DNA from: a virus
Lineage: Duplodnaviria; Caudoviricetes
Length of the DNA stretch: 57,721 nt
IMG/VR virus record: IMGVR_UViG_3300033153_005042
Coordinates: 1 to 57,721 of that record
Reading direction: 5' to 3' (one strand)
The notes under the pieces were generated by a model. It had not been told where the DNA came from. It made no database searches and saw only the letters and a program-made list of their open reading frames with translations. The translations under genes and the position numbers were made by a program. Of this stretch, positions 26,729-34,325 are shown in pieces (positions within the stretch are counted from its first letter, which is position 1; each line of letters starts with the position of its first letter).

Positions 26729-26898
26729 TTCAAGAAGTGTGCCAACTTTGTTGGTGCATTTCGCTTAACCTTTCATAGTCCGGACAGGTAGTTACAGGCT
26801 AGTGTCAATTTATTATATACAACTGTCAATTCCTTAGACAGATAGTCACCCAGTAACTAGGTGTTATCACTAGGTAGGGACTTGGCATACTACCTGCA
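26729..26898 (+). promoter_or_regulatory. Intergenic module 4
   Basis: Reverse site and hairpin from 26729; GTCCGGACAGGTAGTTAC 26778; TGTCAATTCCTTAGACA; IHF-like TAACTAGGTGTTA; forward TGGCATACTACCTGCA 26883-26898. Confidence 0.75.
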
Positions 26899-26924
26899 TT
26901 AGTAATAGTGAAAGGAGTACTAAC

Positions 26925-27044
26925 ATGGACAAAAGAGACATAGGCGACATCGTATTAATATTCGTACTAGTGACAGGGATCGGAACAATCGGATTCTTAG
27001 CAGCTTTAGCGACAGTAAAATTATTAAGTCTGGGAGGATACTAA
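26925..27044 (+). CDS. 39-aa membrane protein
   Basis: Manual translation MDKRDIGDIVLIFVLVTGIG...; AAGGAG RBS; stop overlaps the next ATG. Confidence 0.55.
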   Translation: MDKRDIGDIVLIFVLVTGIGTIGFLAALATVKLLSLGGY

Positions 27045-27250
27045 TGAAATTACTACCGAATACTAAGTACACCACTAGGGACGGCACTGAAGTGCTAATA
27101 ACAGACGTTAACACTGAAAATGGCACTAGTTACAAGATTACTGGTAATATTGTCGACAGCTCGGTTAAGATGTCGTGGTTGGATAACGGATCATATTTAG
27201 CCCCAACAGTTAAACACTCATTCGACATAACCCAAGGAGAGAATCCATGA
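27044..27250 (+). CDS. Hypothetical protein (KYxTRxG family)
   Basis: Paralog of 17629-17976. Confidence 0.62.
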   Translation: MKLLPNTKYTTRDGTEVLITDVNTENGTSYKITGNIVDSSVKMSWLDNGSYLAPTVKHSFDITQGENP

Positions 27251-27442
27251 CTACCTCAGAAAAACAAACAGAATACCAAGGATTAACAGATCACCCTAAG
27301 GAACGTTCAGCAAGATTAGACAGATTAAGAGCTATGAGCAAGGCTGTAACAAAGACTACAACCCCACCCCCTACAATAAACTAGGGGGGTAGTTTTACCC
27401 ATATACATATACCCTATATAACACACCACTAAGGAGATTATC

Positions 27443-27772
27443 ATGGAAGCATTCAAAAGAACAACTAAGTCCGCCTCAGGCACTAGCTTAAAAACACATA
27501 TCACAGTATCTTATCCAAAGCTTATTGAGCTATTTGGTCAACCCGACGAAGGTTGCGGTTATAAGGTCAGCGGAGAGTTCACGTTTGAGGCCTCTAATGG
27601 AGAGCTGGTGACGTTGTACGACTGGAAGAGTACCTCACTATACGACGGCCTCTCACAGTCTCCTCAGCAGCTTAGAGAGCGTACTAGCGTAGAGCTGAAT
27701 ATTGGTGGCAATAACGCTATCACAGCTCAGATATTCGCTTTATGGTTACAAGGGAGTTTAGCTACTGCGTAG
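27443..27772 (+). CDS. Phage hypothetical protein
   Basis: GTSL..I..SY..L...FG.P...KV..E...TLYDWK pattern; AAGGAG RBS. Confidence 0.68.
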   Translation: MEAFKRTTKSASGTSLKTHITVSYPKLIELFGQPDEGCGYKVSGEFTFEASNGELVTLYDWKSTSLYDGLSQSPQQLRERTSVELNIGGNNAITAQIFALWLQGSLATA

Positions 27773-27840
27773 GTGAAATGAAAATGAAATTCGATCCGTT
27801 TCCCTTTCGGTAGTGTTTTTACTGCTGGAGGGGAAAAATC

Positions 27841-27872
27841 GGTAATGAGAATGGTAATGAGAATCATTCTCA
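27841..27872. promoter_or_regulatory. Fur-box-like operator
   Basis: GGTAATGAGAATCATTCTC at 27853-27871 matches GATAATGATAATCATTATC at 16/19; perfect TGAGAAT-C-ATTCTCA; preceded by a 12-bp duplication. Confidence 0.6.
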
Positions 27873-27880
27873 AAATCGCC

Positions 27881-27986
27881 TGTGGTATTTTTGACACATG
27901 TCAAAATCCTGACATGTTAGAATCCTGACATGTTAGAATCCTGACACCCTGTCAAATTTTTTGACACTTTGACCAAATTATGGTCA
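27881..27986. repeat. Tandem TGT-N10-ACA boxes
   Basis: TGTCAAAATCCTGACA then TGTTAGAATCCTGACA x2 at 16-bp period (27899-27946), with related boxes on both sides. Confidence 0.8.
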
Positions 27987-27996
27987 CATCTATATA

Positions 27997-28042
27997 TGCA
28001 AGTACCATGCCAGCAACCCACCATAGCAATATCAACCACTTA
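27997..28042 (-). promoter_or_regulatory. sigma54-type element plus IHF site with no obvious downstream ORF
   Basis: TGGCATGGTACTTGCA (28012-27997); IHF consensus TATCAACCACTTA 28030-28042. Confidence 0.65.
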
Positions 28043-28561
28043 GCTCAAATCGACCAATCCTTAGACAGTTTGTGTATATTCTTTACACACTATCGCTTGG
28101 CCTGTTTATAGCATTAGCAAGAACCATGCCAGCGACCCAGATTTTTCTTGGTACGTATATTGCATACGTCCGACCTATCCGGATAAGCAAGTATCATGCC
28201 AACCGTAAAACATAACCTACCGTAATTACAGTAATTCGCTCCAGATCGCCGAGGAAATTTATTACATACTAGTACTAGCAAACTAGCCTAAACGCTCTAG
28301 AGGCTTTATATAGGCGTTATAGAGGCTATATTGTTCTACTATATATACCAGTTTTTGTCATGCCTAGTAAACCTGTAACCTATAGATATTACAGCGTTAT
28401 TCGGCCTCCGCAGAAATAGCCCATTTATTCTCATATTTTAACCTTGCAATATCAGAGACTTACAAGGTTTATTCACTTTTTTTTACTTTACCTCTCAAGT
28501 TATTGCACCCAATGCCGATAGGTAAGTATAACAAGAAACAAACAACAACAAAGGAGTTAAC

Positions 28562-28675
28562 ATGGTAGCGGTTTTAATGATGGTAGGAATTTTACTAGCG
28601 TTTTCAATCGGTTGCGAGCTTGACAATATCAAGCGACAAAAAAGACTTAATAGAATCTGGAATATTAACAAGTAA
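28562..28675 (+). CDS. 37-aa membrane/lipoprotein-like peptide
   Basis: AAGGAG RBS; MVAVLMMVGILLAFSIGC. Confidence 0.45.
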   Translation: MVAVLMMVGILLAFSIGCELDNIKRQKRLNRIWNINK

Positions 28676-28700
28676 TATCAACACCTTAAGGAGGTACATT

Positions 28701-28976
28701 ATGTGTAACCAAGCGAAATTACAGAAGAAAATTAACAGTTCAGCTCAATTCAACCAAGTTGCCAGTTTCATCAAAGAAATCAGCGACTTAGAAGGTAACT
28801 TAGTAGACAAGTGGTTTTTCTACTTTGCAGTTTGTCCTTGGACGAACGAAAGCTTGCCTTTGAAGGTATCTAACATCAATACTACGCTATTCTGTCAATT
28901 GTTCCCTAGAATGAAGCCCACTAGTTGTGAGCGCCATCTACGGCTCTACAAGGAGCTTACACGAGAGATCAAGTAA
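28701..28976 (+). CDS. Hypothetical protein
   Basis: Start refined to MCNQAK after AGGAGG. Confidence 0.62.
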   Translation: MCNQAKLQKKINSSAQFNQVASFIKEISDLEGNLVDKWFFYFAVCPWTNESLPLKVSNINTTLFCQLFPRMKPTSCERHLRLYKELTREIK

Positions 28977-29053
28977 TTACGGGGGGTTACGACCCCTCAA
29001 CCTTACAAGAATATAAGATTCACTCTAACTAACTAATATAACAGGAGAATATC

Positions 29054-29248
29054 ATGCAAGTAGAAATCTCAATAGAGCTAGATCACCTTTATCCTAATGA
29101 TATCATAGAGTTACACCGATCGGGGATTATTTCACTGGCTGAAATCGCTGCAACCGACTGTATTCACAAGGAATTCGGGGATATTCTGAAAGATTACGTA
29201 TCCTTACAGAAATATAAGGATCTGGGGATAACTAAGGTAACTGGCTGA
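29054..29248 (+). CDS. Hypothetical protein
   Basis: AGGAG RBS, 64 aa. Confidence 0.58.
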   Translation: MQVEISIELDHLYPNDIIELHRSGIISLAEIAATDCIHKEFGDILKDYVSLQKYKDLGITKVTG

Positions 29249-29386
29249 TATTACAGGGAATTAATATAAAAAGGTGTATAATTCAAGGGGGTTACGCCCT
29301 TTTGAGCGCCGAAATGTCCAGACTAGGGTCACACATGCTTTAAAGAAAATTTTTAGAAAAAAAATAAAAAAGATTCCGCTAAGGAA

Positions 29387-29632
29387 TCATAAATATATAG
29401 TTCTGGCTAGTTCTGAAAAGGGTACCACTTCTTCCTGGATGGCGTACAGAACGCCTTCTTGCTGATGTGGAACATCTTCAGACGGTAAGGGCCTTGACGC
29501 TCCTATAACGTTTGAGAGACAGTAAATGTCGTTCATATTTGAAAAATAGTAGATATGAGTGATTTGTCCTTTAGCACCTTTAAAAGGACCTTTAATAATC
29601 AGCACCTCATCCCCAACAACGTATTTTTTCAT
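29387..29632 (-). CDS. KOW-like mini-protein with tag
   Basis: VGDEVLIIKGPFKGAKGQI (classic KOW)...FSELARTIYL. Confidence 0.75.
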   Translation of the reverse strand: MKKYVVGDEVLIIKGPFKGAKGQITHIYYFSNMNDIYCLSNVIGASRPLPSEDVPHQQEGVLYAIQEEVVPFSELARTIYL

Positions 29633-29671
29633 ATTGACTCCATAATAGTGGTACATGTTGATATTACTGCG

Positions 29672-29890
29672 TTATTCGTACAAAGCTTTTGACAACTCGG
29701 TAGACAGCCCTACAATCTCATCTAAAAACACTATACGCTCTTCAACCTGTCCGCCCACCCTTAGAGACACTAAAAAGTTTTGATTACTAACGTTACCACC
29801 TTCTAGACCTTTAAGTATAAAACCTGTCGTAATACTTCCTAAATACCACAAGTTACAAATAATCTCATCACCAACAGTAAAATCTCTCAT
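29672..29890 (-). CDS. SH3-like mini-protein with tag
   Basis: Ends STELSKALYE. Confidence 0.7.
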   Translation of the reverse strand: MRDFTVGDEIICNLWYLGSITTGFILKGLEGGNVSNQNFLVSLRVGGQVEERIVFLDEIVGLSTELSKALYE

Positions 29891-30093
29891 AAGTATAAAG
29901 CCTTTGTTAACTCTGTAACAAACCCTACTATCGAAGGTCCCCAAACTACCGTCCTATTACCCCAATCATCGTCTGAATCAACTATTACATAAAAACCCTG
30001 GTATACATCCAAAGTACCTACTGCATACCCACTCAGCAATGGACGCTTGTATATGACCTTATCACCTTTTTTGTATTTATTATCTTTTGTCAT
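29887..30093 (-). CDS. SH3-like mini-protein with tag
   Basis: YKKGDKVI...VTELTKALYL. Confidence 0.72.
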   Translation of the reverse strand: MTKDNKYKKGDKVIYKRPLLSGYAVGTLDVYQGFYVIVDSDDDWGNRTVVWGPSIVGFVTELTKALYL

Positions 30094-30132
30094 GTCAAAG
30101 GACCCATACTAATGTTATACTATTGTAAATAG

Positions 30133-30345
30133 TTACGTTGAACAGTACAAAGCTTCTGCCAACTCTCCACAAGGGACTAACTCTTTAGGCAATAGAACGT
30201 AAGGCTCATTTTCGTAAACAACTTTAACAACTCCGTCAGACCCGTAAGAAGCTACCTCAACTACAGAACCTTTAGGCAGCTTTGAATACTCTGAGTGGTA
30301 GGTGCCGTACACTACCACTAGCTTCTGACCTTTAGTGAACATCAT
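30133..30345 (-). CDS. SH3-like mini-protein with tag
   Basis: Ends PCGELAEALYCST. Confidence 0.72.
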   Translation of the reverse strand: MMFTKGQKLVVVYGTYHSEYSKLPKGSVVEVASYGSDGVVKVVYENEPYVLLPKELVPCGELAEALYCST

Positions 30346-30524
30346 AAGTATAAAGCCTCCGTTAGTTCTCCCACTACAGAAAGTTCACTAATAAACCAAT
30401 AACCTGTAATTTCTCCTAACTCTGGAGAACTTACTTCACACCCCCTCTCCCAACTGTTCACAACAGTTCCTATAAGACCTCTAGGTATGATCAACACTTC
30501 ATCTCCTACCTCAAATTCACTCAT
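30342..30524 (-). CDS. KOW/SH3-like mini-protein with tag
   Basis: FEVGDEVLI...VGELTEALYL. Confidence 0.72.
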   Translation of the reverse strand: MSEFEVGDEVLIIPRGLIGTVVNSWERGCEVSSPELGEITGYWFISELSVVGELTEALYL

Positions 30525-30927
30525 ATATAGCCTTTGTCATCTCAGTTCTTTCTAACACTTCTTCTAAGCTTACCCAAGTAGTACCTTCTGAATGAGCTAG
30601 TAATACCTCTAACTTATAGTCCATACAACCTTTGTTAATACTACCGAACTCAGACTCAGATATATAGAACTTTTGTATTAAGCAAGTACCTAGTCGGTTA
30701 TGATGTACTATAGAACCTTTATCATAAGGACACTCTTGCAAAGATTTTGATAAAGTCTTTAGAAGCTCCTTCTGATCACATAACATGTCAACAAGGGAAT
30801 TAATCTCCGTGCTTACTACCTCTTTACCAGGATTAAAAGACTTATTCACGCCTTGTTTTGGTGTAGACGCAGTATTACTAGTAGGAGTGTATAGGCCGCT
30901 GGCGCTATTGCTCAAAATATCATTCAT
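30517..30927 (-). CDS. Extended SH3-like protein with tag
   Basis: Ends RTEMTKAIYE. Confidence 0.68.
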   Translation of the reverse strand: MNDILSNSASGLYTPTSNTASTPKQGVNKSFNPGKEVVSTEINSLVDMLCDQKELLKTLSKSLQECPYDKGSIVHHNRLGTCLIQKFYISESEFGSINKGCMDYKLEVLLAHSEGTTWVSLEEVLERTEMTKAIYE

Positions 30928-31186
30928 ATAAAACTCCTGTTAACGCTCCGATGGGAACTATTGTGAATATTTTATTAAAACTGGAAATAGGCATACTTTG
31001 GCCTCCGCCGTCAGCAAATGCTATCCTAATATCTTTAGTAGAATCTCCAATATCTGCCAAGGAGTCAATGAACATATATCCTTTGTCTCTATCGTATACA
31101 CTGAGAATAGCCTCTATCAAAGCTCCTTTGTCTCTATACGGATAAGAACTAGTATTATTAATCTTGACGTACACAGTTTTACTCAT
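30920..31186 (-). CDS. Small protein with tag
   Basis: Ends PIGALTGVLYE. Confidence 0.65.
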   Translation of the reverse strand: MSKTVYVKINNTSSYPYRDKGALIEAILSVYDRDKGYMFIDSLADIGDSTKDIRIAFADGGGQSMPISSFNKIFTIVPIGALTGVLYE

Positions 31187-31406
31187 ATATAGCCTCACTA
31201 AGATCAGTAAGCAATGCTACTTCATCAACAGTAGTAATATACCTGTCTAAAGTATAACTTAAGTCGCCACACCTTACAGTAAACTGCTCATCAAACACGA
31301 CTTCAACCTCATCACTATTACCGTGATACTCATATTCACTCACAGTACCTGTAACTCCTTTACAAGTACCTTTAGTAAGTATAACTCTATCTCCAAGAAC
31401 AAACAT
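31179..31406 (-). CDS. KOW-like mini-protein with tag
   Basis: GDRVILTKGTCKGVTGTV...LTDLSEAIYE. Confidence 0.75.
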   Translation of the reverse strand: MFVLGDRVILTKGTCKGVTGTVSEYEYHGNSDEVEVVFDEQFTVRCGDLSYTLDRYITTVDEVALLTDLSEAIYE

Positions 31407-31424
31407 AACACCTCCTAACTAACT

Positions 31425-31453
31425 ACTATAGTATACTATAAGTCTATTGTCAA
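31425..31453 (-). promoter_or_regulatory. sigma70-type promoter for the second tagged-ORF array
   Basis: TTGACA-17bp-TATAGT; IHF consensus TATCAACTAGTTA upstream at 31494-31506. Confidence 0.72.
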
Positions 31454-31756
31454 GTATATAATGAAATAACTACCTAAAAATACATATCTATGATATCAAC
31501 TAGTTATAAAATACTTTATTTTTGATAGATTGTCTTAGTAGATACTTTCTGCTAAAAGTACCATATATCCCACTATAGGAAGACTATTATAATAAGACTA
31601 CAAAGTATTACTATAGTTACTAGGGTATTGCTAGTAAATATTACTACTAAAGTTATTACTTGGGTTATGTAAGCAATAACGTAGTAATATTTATATTACA
31701 GTAAGATTATTACAGTAATAACCTGTAGTCTTACTATAGTATCTAAAACAACGTAT

Positions 31757-31969
31757 TTGAAAGTTAGTATGAAGAAGACTAATGTAATAAGGTTCCCTGA
31801 CGCTAAGTCTAGGAAACAGAGAGACAAACTCCGTAATGAAGACTACTATTCTGAGTTGACTAGTAGTAAACGTAAATCGTGGTTTACTTTTGCAGGGGTC
31901 ATGTTACTACTGTTGACATTGGGGCTGTCCCTAATATACCTAATATCATTGTTGATTCCCCTAAAGTAA
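31757..31969 (+). CDS. Membrane protein (C-terminal TM)
   Basis: NVIRFP N-terminus, hydrophobic C-terminus. Confidence 0.55.
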   Translation: MKVSMKKTNVIRFPDAKSRKQRDKLRNEDYYSELTSSKRKSWFTFAGVMLLLLTLGLSLIYLISLLIPLK

Positions 31970-31981
31970 GAATGGAGAGCT

Positions 31982-32260
31982 ATGACAAGACACGTATTTA
32001 AGCCTGGAGAATTTGCGTACTTCTCTGGAAAAGGAGAAATAGTAAGGATTGTGAGTAGTTACGATAAAAAAGGACTACTAGGCACAAAACAGGTTCTTAG
32101 GGTAATGAGCTTAAAAGATGTAGAGGCTTCCACTGGAAGACCTTCTAGATATATAGATTGTCCGATTTCTTCTATATTGCCGATAAAAGACGACGACGTA
32201 CAGCTTATGTTCAAGTTGTTGTATTTAACTGAGGAGTTCACTCTTCTAAGGTACTTGTAG
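31982..32260 (+). CDS. SH3-like small protein
   Basis: FKPGEFAY...FKLLYL near the C-terminus. Confidence 0.6.
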   Translation: MTRHVFKPGEFAYFSGKGEIVRIVSSYDKKGLLGTKQVLRVMSLKDVEASTGRPSRYIDCPISSILPIKDDDVQLMFKLLYLTEEFTLLRYL

Positions 32261-32367
32261 TAGGCGTCTTGTTGACATAGTGTATACGCCGTCTGTAAGA
32301 AGTCAGGTGATGAAAGCAGCTCTTTTGATCAGAGAAGCAGCGTGTTCACCTTTTACATATTAGAGGT

Positions 32368-32691
32368 GTGCTAGAATCCCTAGAGGGTCAGATTTTACTA
32401 CCTGGTGACAGTCAGGTCGAACTTCTTCATGTTATGAGGTTTACTGTGATAGGAGAGTTTGTAGAGTATCTAGGAGACTACTACATACTGGTAATGTGCA
32501 GTAATAGATACTACGGAGTAGTGACGCTACGCAGTAGCCCTTGTTCTCTGAAGGTTGTCCTAGTGATTGAACAAGCTTGCGCTAGCATCGTCATAGGAAA
32601 AAAAAGAACAATGCTGTTAACCTTATACGGCGATCCTGCGGATGTATCTGAGTACTATGTAGGTAATATCCTAGATCGGAGAGACTTGTGA
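32368..32691 (+). CDS. Hypothetical protein
   Basis: ORF coupled to 32688; start uncertain. Confidence 0.45.
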   Translation: MLESLEGQILLPGDSQVELLHVMRFTVIGEFVEYLGDYYILVMCSNRYYGVVTLRSSPCSLKVVLVIEQACASIVIGKKRTMLLTLYGDPADVSEYYVGNILDRRDL

Positions 32692-32924
32692 AAGTTGGAG
32701 ATTATTTTAGAATAAGCGTACCTAGAACAGAATCAAAGGTCATTTATCAATCAGTAGTATTGAGTTCAGATCAAGAGTGGGTATCTGCAGTAGTAGTGTA
32801 CCCTACTAGGTTAGCAAGACAACTAAAGAATTCAGGAGTATTTAAACTCCATTTGAATACTTTGAATATTGTGGTACTGGGGAACCCCAACGACAAACCT
32901 GTACTAAAGGCTATTTATGGCTAG
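32688..32924 (+). CDS. SH3-like mini-protein with divergent tag
   Basis: MKVGDYFRI...VLKAIYG. Confidence 0.65.
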   Translation: MKVGDYFRISVPRTESKVIYQSVVLSSDQEWVSAVVVYPTRLARQLKNSGVFKLHLNTLNIVVLGNPNDKPVLKAIYG

Positions 32925-33117
32925 ATACCTTACAGGAGAGTGCGTACTATTGAACATAGAGGACGACATTTATTTCTGTGAGATAGTAAGCATACAAGCA
33001 TACGGCAACTACTACGTCAGTATAACTGACGGATCGATAGGTACTAGAAGTAGTAAGTACCCTAACATAACTGTAGTACACCATACTTTGATTGAAGAAC
33101 ACACAATAGACATATAG
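32917..33117 (+). CDS. SH3-like mini-protein (untagged)
   Basis: Starts YLTGECVLL. Confidence 0.55.
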   Translation: MARYLTGECVLLNIEDDIYFCEIVSIQAYGNYYVSITDGSIGTRSSKYPNITVVHHTLIEEHTIDI

Positions 33118-33125
33118 AGGGGATT

Positions 33126-33425
33126 ATGGAAGATTCAGACTTTATTGACAAGATCTTAGACGAAGTAGTATTTGAAAGAGATTTTTACAAAGTTCTTGCT
33201 AATACTGACGAATATGATGTAGTAGCAGTTGACGCTAACTCTTCTTCCCCTATACTAGCTTCTGAAGATTTTCAACGTAAAGCGTTGGAGACTCAATGTG
33301 ATAGAACAGGAGTTAAAGTATTATACCAAATTTCTTACGGAACCTACGCTGTAGTAGTATGTAAGGAAGGCGGAGATTTAATAGGAATTGTACCAGAACT
33401 TTACCCAGACGGCTGGCCCTGCTGA
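33126..33425 (+). CDS. Acidic hypothetical protein
   Basis: 99 aa with GAGG RBS. Confidence 0.6.
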   Translation: MEDSDFIDKILDEVVFERDFYKVLANTDEYDVVAVDANSSSPILASEDFQRKALETQCDRTGVKVLYQISYGTYAVVVCKEGGDLIGIVPELYPDGWPC

Positions 33426-33525
33426 GATCAGAAATCTTTTCACTCGAATAACGTATAAATTACTTACAAAAAAATCGAGATTACCTGACAGTAGCAAGAA
33501 GAACCGTCTTTACACGAGGAATATT

Positions 33526-33789
33526 ATGACTAACGCTCACCAACTTAATAGGTATATTGTCTATACCTGCAAAAAATGCGAATGGCAAACAGCTGTTATA
33601 GCACTTTGGCCAGACTTAAAACCTAAGTCCTGTCAGAATGCTAAGTGTAGGTGCTCTTTTATTAGAGAACCTGACATGCTAAGAACAAAAGCTCCGAAAA
33701 AACTTACGACAAAACCTACTAAAAAGGTTGTAGAAGTCTCTGAAGAGAAAAAAACTAGCAAGAGAGCCTCTAAACGGAAGAAGAAGTAA
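33526..33789 (+). CDS. Zinc-finger-like basic protein
   Basis: CKKC...CQNAKC; start refined to MTNAHQ. Confidence 0.6.
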   Translation: MTNAHQLNRYIVYTCKKCEWQTAVIALWPDLKPKSCQNAKCRCSFIREPDMLRTKAPKKLTTKPTKKVVEVSEEKKTSKRASKRKKK

Positions 33790-34325
33790 TGTCTGACGAA
33801 GATATCAAAAAAAAACGTAAAGAAGCTGCTCATCTAAGAGTAACTAGTCTTACGGAAGTTAGAGCGTTACAAACAGACTCTGATTGGAACCTTTTGGAAG
33901 AGATTATCCAAGATGTCATGGCAGTGTACGTAATAAAGAACCCTAGTAAGCAGAATCAGTCTATGAAAAAACTTAGAGCTGATACTGAAGGGGAAATTAA
34001 ATTACGTTACGCTAAACAGGCAGACTTGAGAGATTTACTACTAAACGCACTCCCTTCAGAGATATCTTTGTCTAAGTGGGTAAAACCTAGCAAGTGGGTA
34101 GACGCAGTATGGAATAAAGTACGTACTGATGGATTGTTCACAGCTGAGAGTAGATCTACTATGATTAACGCTCTGTACACCAGAGGTTTAGATAAATCTG
34201 ATACGGCAGCTAAAATTTGGCTAACGTTGTCTGGAGACTATAGCGATAAGTTAGACGTGTCCACTGATAAGACTTTAGAGAAATACCGTGAAATTAACGA
34301 AATTTTACATAAGAAGAAAGATTAG
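33789..34325 (+). CDS. Putative terminase small subunit
   Basis: Helical 178 aa ORF directly upstream of TerL; assigned by position and the DTAAKIWL-type C-terminal region. Confidence 0.5.
   Translation: MSDEDIKKKRKEAAHLRVTSLTEVRALQTDSDWNLLEEIIQDVMAVYVIKNPSKQNQSMKKLRADTEGEIKLRYAKQADLRDLLLNALPSEISLSKWVKPSKWVDAVWNKVRTDGLFTAESRSTMINALYTRGLDKSDTAAKIWLTLSGDYSDKLDVSTDKTLEKYREINEILHKKKD

Noticed and set aside
28619-28650. sigma70 promoter at the TTGACA near 28620 (also near 31913 and 32271)
   Set aside because: No convincing -10 hexamer at 17-bp spacing.
5341-32924. Tag explained purely as an RBS/ATG-overlap artefact
   Set aside because: The overlap contributes, but the motif persists with TAC codons and at operon ends, and extends upstream of the RBS.
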